From the IMG/VR virus record IMGVR_UViG_3300031741_000001, positions 1 through 64,000 of that record: 64,000 nucleotides of DNA, one strand, 5' to 3'. The stretch is from a virus. The notes beneath the pieces were generated by a model, which was not told where the DNA came from, ran no database searches, and saw only the letters and a program-made list of their open reading frames with translations. The position numbers and the translations under genes were made by a program. Shown here piece after piece: positions 58,576 to 64,000 of the stretch. Position 1 is the first letter of the stretch. Each line of letters begins with the position of its first letter.

Positions 58576-59389
58576 ATCAGAATATTCAGTAACGACCATA
58601 ATTGGATTATTGAACGAATTTGAAAGCATGACCGCTCTACAACAAACCGTATTATCCAAGTGTACTATTAACGCTCAACATAATGTAATACCTACAGTTA
58701 TGCCAACTAAGACTCCGCAACTATTCTACTTTGGAATAGGGATTAATGGATATTATAATGTTAATCAAGATACTCCACCGTTATCGCAGCCTTATATGCC
58801 AGCAGCTACGGATATGGATTTATATCAACCAATACCTTTTAGAATAGTTCCGATAACTGCTGATCTCTCTCCAACCGAAAGAGCTCAATATAGAATGAGA
58901 ACTATGCAGACATTTAACGGAACGCAATACTTTTGTTACTGGCTTAAATTAATTAATTTCACAACAAAAGAAGTTGAGGTGATGCAAGTTAACCCTACTG
59001 GAGGAGAAACCCCGTACGTTTTCAATCCTAAAAATCTGAAGCCTATACCAAAAAAAAGTAGTACTGGTCAAATAGTCAATGCTTCTGGCGATACCGTGAT
59101 AGTAAGTTTATCAGGGACATGTCCTATTCTGGGTAGCGAGATAGTCGAAGTTATAAATATAATGTATGGGGATCTTCGCTTTGCTAATATAAGCGAATTA
59201 GGATTCTATACTGGTCAGGATGTAACCGCTCAAGGACCCGATGGAAAAGGTGGAGAAATTTCATATACTGAAAGTGCTTATACCCAACTTTCAAGTAAAT
59301 TATGCAGTCTCCCTATTCCACTATCTAAAAGCTCTAAAACTTATATTGAGACAATAGAGTATGTGAATAGTAACGTCATTAATGTTTAA
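58559..59389 (+). CDS. Virion structural protein (phiKZ gp127-like)
   Basis: YFGIGING, LYQPIPFR...DLS..ERAQYRMR and ISELG motifs. Confidence 0.65.
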   Translation: MSTIFESEYSVTTIIGLLNEFESMTALQQTVLSKCTINAQHNVIPTVMPTKTPQLFYFGIGINGYYNVNQDTPPLSQPYMPAATDMDLYQPIPFRIVPITADLSPTERAQYRMRTMQTFNGTQYFCYWLKLINFTTKEVEVMQVNPTGGETPYVFNPKNLKPIPKKSSTGQIVNASGDTVIVSLSGTCPILGSEIVEVINIMYGDLRFANISELGFYTGQDVTAQGPDGKGGEISYTESAYTQLSSKLCSLPIPLSKSSKTYIETIEYVNSNVINV

Positions 59390-59595
59390 TAACTTCAGAT
59401 AGCGTTTAAATGGCATTTAAGACACCATCAAGCGTAATTGTTATGAATGACTCATAATCATTACCATGAAGACATATCTTCAATGAGGTGTGCCAAAACG
59501 ATTAGTTGAATATTAAAAATATCGGATGCTTAAAGTTTCCATTTAAAGTCAGGCGAACTATAAGCGAGGTTTATGCTTTTAATGCATTTTAGAAT

Positions 59596-59633
59596 ACTAT
59601 CTATAGGCATCTGAAAAGATGCCTATAGATAGT
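59596..59633. terminator. Terminator-like hairpin (17 bp stem, GAAA loop)
   Basis: ACTATCTATAGGCATCT-gaaa-AGATGCCTATAGATAGT between convergent genes. Confidence 0.75.
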
Positions 59634-59635
59634 TT

Positions 59636-59720
59636 GAGGTATTCCAGTAAGTGGCTGTTCTTACTATAGTGGTTGTCTGGTTGTTTGCATAGGAAGCTTT
59701 ATACTAGCCTATGCTCTAGT
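59636..59720 (-). ncRNA. Candidate structured ncRNA, copy B (pseudoknot plus ACAGCCA-loop hairpin)
   Basis: Minus strand ACUAG-A-GCAUAGG-CUAGU-AUAAAGCUU-CCUAUGC (59720-59687); AGUAAG-AACAGCCA-CUUACU (59665-59646); AUACCUC. Confidence 0.6.
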
Positions 59721-59729
59721 CTTTAATTA

Positions 59730-61757
59730 TTAAGTAAGCAACACGTGTCCGTTAGACGCTAATGCTGCGAATTGTTTTTTAATGATATTAGTATCCCTTG
59801 TTGTATAGAGGTTTAGTTTAAAACCATTATTAACGTCTTTACTATCTCTTATAGTAAATAATTTATTATTAGCTTTTTCTAGATCTATAAATTTACCAGC
59901 TTCACTTAGAAGCCTAGTGAAAACTTCAGAGACCTCGTCCGGTTTAGTACTTCCTAGATCGCCTTCAGGTACGTCAATATTTGTTAGATATATTCTATTT
60001 GCTTTTACCGTGAATACAGTAAACGTTACTGCCAATGCTTCTATAGCATCACGTGCTTCTTTATTGTTATTATTAGTAGTATTACTTTCAACTATATAGC
60101 TCCAGTAATCTCCAACTCTAAATTGTCCATTTGGAGTATATTTATTACGTAGTGCTTCTATGATAATTTTCCTATCTCTCATATTCTCGAAGTCTAAAAT
60201 AGTAGAATGGTCAGTAATGAATGTTTCCACTCCAATAGAAACTATATTCCGAGTCATCTTAGTATAGTCTGCATTGTTTTTAAATCTAGCGAGTTTAGGC
60301 GCGTCGCATAAGAATAATTCTTTAATGGCACTTATCTCAGTGATACCGATAAAACCATCTTCAGTATCTAACTCACCAAAAAGACCAGAACCTAGAATAT
60401 AAGAATTAACACTAGATACAAGCATCTCTTCAAATATAGCTGCTGTCTTTTTCTTCTCACCATCTAGAATAGCTTCTAGAACATTACCCATCTCTTCCGG
60501 TTTGCAACCGATAAGATGTTTTTTAGTTTTATCTATCAAAGTTTTAAATTCCTCAACTGGAACTTTCTTAACCATGAGCTCTGGGAATTCTACTATCTCT
60601 AAGGATTTCTCAGTCGCTCTATTCTGATTATCAGAACAATCATCTAACTTCTCAACAATTTCTGACTCGAAAGACGGTCTCTTAATTTTAGAAACTTTAA
60701 TCTTAAAATCCGATAGGTCAGTTTTTACTTTTTTCTGAGATATTGATGTGTGGGCGTTTTCCCATTCCTCTAAAGGCTCAATCACCCAATTGAATATCTT
60801 GGGTATCGGTTCCGTATTAAATAAATTATCCATTTTTCCATCCCGATTTCTCGTTTCGCGTTCTGGGTATTCTGTAAAATCTCTAGAATTGCTTTTATTT
60901 TTAAAATTAGTGGCTTTTATTTCAGCCTGAGCTTTCCTAGTGGCTTCTACACTTCTAGCATTGCGGATATTCTGTTCTGCTACAGACACATAACCGTTAT
61001 CATTTCGTGTAGCACCGCAGTCATATTTAGAATGTCTTGGTTGCGGATCATCATCTTCTCTATAGGAACTTATAGTCCTAGGGGCTCTATCTATAGGTTG
61101 TTCTCTACGGAATCCGCCGCTACCATTGTCGAACCCTCTATCGTTGCCGAATCCTCTATCGTTACTATAACGGCTATCGCGACAACCATCACCACCGTTA
61201 CGGTTATAATAACTATTATTGCTATAACTATCATTTCTTTGACGATTATCAAAACTTCTAGGATCTTGATATCTGTTATCGTTATTATATCCACGATCTC
61301 TATTATTTTGATACCTATTATCGTTATTAAATCCGCGATCTCTAGGATCTTGATATCTATTATCGTTACTGTAACTACGATCTCTATTATCTTGATACCT
61401 ATTATCGTTACTGTAACTACGATCTCTAGGATCTTGATACCTATTATCGTTACTGTAACTACGATCTCTAGGATCTTGATATCTGTTATCGTTATTATAA
61501 CTACGATCTCTACCGCCCTGATCTTCTATCTGTTTAAAAAGATTCTGTAACCATACCTTTAACTCATCCTCTATCTGTGAGACAGTAGGAGAACCGTATC
61601 TAGATAACTGTCTCTCATAAAAGGCTCCAACTTCATTTTCTATAGTAGCTAGAATATTTCCGGCATCTATTGCTGTTAAATTATTACTTTTAACATTAGC
61701 AGCTAATAACGTATCCGCTTTCTGCACGATTTGTCTTGTTCCAAAATTATCTGACAT
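59730..61757 (-). CDS. Hypothetical protein with low-complexity R/D/N/Y repeat region (phiKZ gp122-like position)
   Basis: 675 aa; six 14-aa RDRSYSNDNRYQDP repeats; directly downstream of the RNAP beta-like gene. Confidence 0.7.
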   Translation of the reverse strand: MSDNFGTRQIVQKADTLLAANVKSNNLTAIDAGNILATIENEVGAFYERQLSRYGSPTVSQIEDELKVWLQNLFKQIEDQGGRDRSYNNDNRYQDPRDRSYSNDNRYQDPRDRSYSNDNRYQDNRDRSYSNDNRYQDPRDRGFNNDNRYQNNRDRGYNNDNRYQDPRSFDNRQRNDSYSNNSYYNRNGGDGCRDSRYSNDRGFGNDRGFDNGSGGFRREQPIDRAPRTISSYREDDDPQPRHSKYDCGATRNDNGYVSVAEQNIRNARSVEATRKAQAEIKATNFKNKSNSRDFTEYPERETRNRDGKMDNLFNTEPIPKIFNWVIEPLEEWENAHTSISQKKVKTDLSDFKIKVSKIKRPSFESEIVEKLDDCSDNQNRATEKSLEIVEFPELMVKKVPVEEFKTLIDKTKKHLIGCKPEEMGNVLEAILDGEKKKTAAIFEEMLVSSVNSYILGSGLFGELDTEDGFIGITEISAIKELFLCDAPKLARFKNNADYTKMTRNIVSIGVETFITDHSTILDFENMRDRKIIIEALRNKYTPNGQFRVGDYWSYIVESNTTNNNNKEARDAIEALAVTFTVFTVKANRIYLTNIDVPEGDLGSTKPDEVSEVFTRLLSEAGKFIDLEKANNKLFTIRDSKDVNNGFKLNLYTTRDTNIIKKQFAALASNGHVLLT
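61260..61511 (-). repeat. Six tandem 42 bp in-frame repeats
   Basis: Unit encodes RDR(S/G)(Y/F)(S/N)NDNRYQ(D/N)(P/N). Confidence 0.9.
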
Positions 61758-61775
61758 TATATTTCTCCTTAAAAG

Positions 61776-63287
61776 TTATATTATTTCTAAATCTTTAGGG
61801 ATTATGAAATCCCCATTTTTTGTTATTTCCAAATATGGATTAATGTTCCCTGCTTTAATAGGACTACTCGTTGATATACTTAAAACGCTTTCAACTGCCA
61901 ATTGGCTAGTGTGAGATTTCAACAGCTCTATTGGAATGTTAATTTTAGCTTTTTGAGCAACTCCGTCAGCTATTGATATTTCTTCATTTTTTAACGATCT
62001 GAACTTCTTAAGGTGTATCCCTAAAAGAGTATTGTCGTTATAGAAAGATGGATTAGACCTAAACACATTAGACTTACTCATCCAATTTCCTTTTTTAGAA
62101 CTTCTCCTAACAAATTTCAACATCGTTTTAGGAGACAGCCCTTCTTTACTATTCAATACATCATAGAGATTATTAAAAATACTCTCACAAATAAACCCCA
62201 TTATCTGAGAAAGACTACCTAGCTTCTTATCTCTAAAATCTACAGGGTTATACTTTTTAAGATTATCATCAAAGGTATAGAATACGTTTAAAAGAAATTC
62301 TTCTAAAGTCTCAACACCCATACCTAAAGTTTTTAAATTAAAGATAGCTGACGGATCCAATAGCGTATCGTTCATCGCAATACTTTTTTTAGCATGTATG
62401 TAGTTAGACACATCCTTGATATGCGTCCCGTAAGTATATCTTCCATATACTGTCATGAAGTAACTGGGGCGTTCATCATAAACTTGAGATATTGTAAACT
62501 TCTTATAAAAATTTAAAATTGTAAAGATAGAAAACAAAACCCTACGTTTAAAAACATCTATTGTTAGCAATGGGTTAAAAGCTAGATACATATTAGTTTT
62601 AATTTTAATATATTTAAATCTACTCTCTTGAATTGATTCACATAGAAATAAATCTTCTTTATTGATACTGTAAGTCTCTAAGGTTTTGAACCACCCAATT
62701 TTCATGAGATGGTATAAGGGCAATGGTATTTCGTATTTACTTTTCTTCTGGTGGACTTTACCAGTTATTATCGTATCATGATACGGTTTCCCTTCAGTTG
62801 GTTGGAACGTTACTCTTTCGGTTCTACGGAAAGAGAGCCACGCTCTCCTAACTTCAAATCTTAATTCATTCACCCCTCTATAGAATCCTCTTTCTATAAT
62901 AGGGAAGATAGGGAAGTATTTAGTGTCTGACTGAATTATAGCTTTATTTACCATAAACGGTATTTCCACATGTATCGGATACACGTTACCGGAGAATTCT
63001 AAATCGTACCGCATCACATAGAAGCTACTATATGTTGTCTGTATAGTATTTTTAAGATATTTAAAAGTCTTATAATAATTAATACTATCTTCCGGAGATA
63101 GTTTTTGTTTACCTAAATATTTAACTTTGTCTTCTCCAAGAAGAATGATACACTCTTGCAATAATGTTTCAATAAAACTAGGTATCTCTTTTATATTGTC
63201 TTCCCTGTAATCGTTTATTAGATAGTCATTGAACGGCGGTAGATGGTTAGCGTATTCTTCTAAAATATATTTCCACGTATCATTCAT
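61776..63287 (-). CDS. Split multisubunit RNA polymerase beta-like subunit (non-virion, phiKZ gp123-like)
   Basis: 503 aa; LPPFN, Y.G...LSPE, IPF......I....YF..P and C-terminal H.S...V.S......P...G.INPY pattern recalled from phiKZ-family beta N-terminal halves. Confidence 0.65.
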   Translation of the reverse strand: MNDTWKYILEEYANHLPPFNDYLINDYREDNIKEIPSFIETLLQECIILLGEDKVKYLGKQKLSPEDSINYYKTFKYLKNTIQTTYSSFYVMRYDLEFSGNVYPIHVEIPFMVNKAIIQSDTKYFPIFPIIERGFYRGVNELRFEVRRAWLSFRRTERVTFQPTEGKPYHDTIITGKVHQKKSKYEIPLPLYHLMKIGWFKTLETYSINKEDLFLCESIQESRFKYIKIKTNMYLAFNPLLTIDVFKRRVLFSIFTILNFYKKFTISQVYDERPSYFMTVYGRYTYGTHIKDVSNYIHAKKSIAMNDTLLDPSAIFNLKTLGMGVETLEEFLLNVFYTFDDNLKKYNPVDFRDKKLGSLSQIMGFICESIFNNLYDVLNSKEGLSPKTMLKFVRRSSKKGNWMSKSNVFRSNPSFYNDNTLLGIHLKKFRSLKNEEISIADGVAQKAKINIPIELLKSHTSQLAVESVLSISTSSPIKAGNINPYLEITKNGDFIIPKDLEII

Positions 63288-63298
63288 TTAAAAACTCC

Positions 63299-64000
63299 TT
63301 AGACATGTAATACTTTTTTAAGAAAAATATCCTTTAAAACGTCTAGGCATACTCCTAGAATATTCAAGAACGTTTTCCCCATAGTGTCTCCTATCCATTT
63401 CTTCTGCTTCTTCATATTATCGAAGTCTTTAATCTGTTGACTTCTTTTTATATCATCGAAATCCTTTTCTTTCTTATTTTTAATATCAATAATTTCTTTT
63501 TTATACTCAATAATATCCCCACTCAATTTATCTTTTTCGACTTCATGTTTTCTTTTGAGTTCGGTTATTATTTCTACCTGTTGCTTTTTCTCCCAGAGTA
63601 ATTTCTTACTTAGCTCTTTCTTATCCAACCTAGCTTCTTCTTTTACTTTCTCCATTTGAGGTTTGGTAAAGATGTTTTCTAAATCTTTACGGTGCTCTTG
63701 TCTAGCTTTTTCTAAATCTATAAGAGTTACCCCAAACAGTATAGCTTTATTTAAAGACAAATCCATATTATGGACATGGAATTTGTTTTCAACAAATAAA
63801 GTTAAGTCTATATCTTTAACCTCTACTGGATTATTTGGAGTATTGAAAATACTACAGACGTTCTTACCTTCAAAATGAGTCACCGCCACTCTATTAACTA
63901 TTCCGCATAATTCTACATGAACCGCATTAACATCTCTAAATTCTTCACCTGTTAGATTTACACTCATCTTGATATTAGAACTTCTATCACTATCGTATAG
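63299..64000 (-). CDS. Coiled-coil hypothetical protein, possibly 5'-truncated by window edge
   Basis: Frame remains open from ATG 63967 to base 64000 (LYDSDRSSNIKM) with no SD visible; long charged coiled coil. Confidence 0.65.
   Translation of the reverse strand, partial: LYDSDRSSNIKMSVNLTGEEFRDVNAVHVELCGIVNRVAVTHFEGKNVCSIFNTPNNPVEVKDIDLTLFVENKFHVHNMDLSLNKAILFGVTLIDLEKARQEHRKDLENIFTKPQMEKVKEEARLDKKELSKKLLWEKKQQVEIITELKRKHEVEKDKLSGDIIEYKKEIIDIKNKKEKDFDDIKRSQQIKDFDNMKKQKKWIGDTMGKTFLNILGVCLDVLKDIFLKKVLHV

Noticed and set aside
59687-59732. Stop-codon readthrough signal (stop, 9 nt, pseudoknot)
   Set aside because: Two consecutive in-frame TAA stops, and the other copies lie 86-95 nt from their stops.
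61260-61511. 42 bp repeats as a CRISPR array
   Set aside because: Repeats are contiguous with no unique spacers and are in frame within a CDS; no cas operon. The PD-(D/E)XK nuclease lacks the Cas4 four-Cys cluster.
61032-61550. 172-aa plus-strand hydrophobic ORF (and 61091..61294)
   Set aside because: Shadow frames of the repeat region in 59730..61757; the I/V/T-rich composition is a by-product.
1-64000. Alternative genetic code, introns/inteins, tRNA or rRNA genes, chimallin/PhuZ
   Set aside because: Core genes are full length with TAA, TAG and TGA all used as stops; no intein or homing-endonuclease motifs or tRNA cloverleafs were recognised by eye; nucleus-shell and tubulin genes were not recognised here, so nucleus formation cannot be inferred from this window.

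Overview
AT-rich (roughly 30% GC by eye), densely coding segment of a phiKZ-related jumbo myovirus genome, read in the standard genetic code. Core morphogenesis genes: major capsid protein, portal, terminase large subunit, phiKZ-gp175-type prohead protease, tail sheath, tail tube and several baseplate-like proteins. Core replication, recombination and transcription genes: UvsX/RecA, DnaB-like helicase, exonuclease half of a split family-B DNA polymerase, RuvC, SbcC/Rad50, NAD-dependent ligase and a split RNA polymerase beta-like subunit. Twelve intergenic hairpins with 11-19 bp perfect stems punctuate the window. The most unusual observations are: (1) a three-locus family of structured non-coding RNA elements on the minus strand, each with a covarying H-type pseudoknot plus an ACAG(C/A)CA-loop hairpin, lying between a stop codon and a long terminator-like hairpin; (2) a set of putative head-packaged cargo proteins sharing an M(Y)N(I/L)L leader and (S/A/G)-x-E processing sites, including a GNAT acetyltransferase and an unannotated 39-aa acidic microprotein, with an ADP-ribosyltransferase-like protein, a SET-remnant/papain-like amidase fusion and a repeat polyprotein as further candidates; (3) an active/inactive ClpP pair wedged between the prohead protease and the terminase; (4) an apparently catalytically dead dUTPase. 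All phiKZ gene-number equivalences are from recalled motifs, sizes and synteny, not from a database search.
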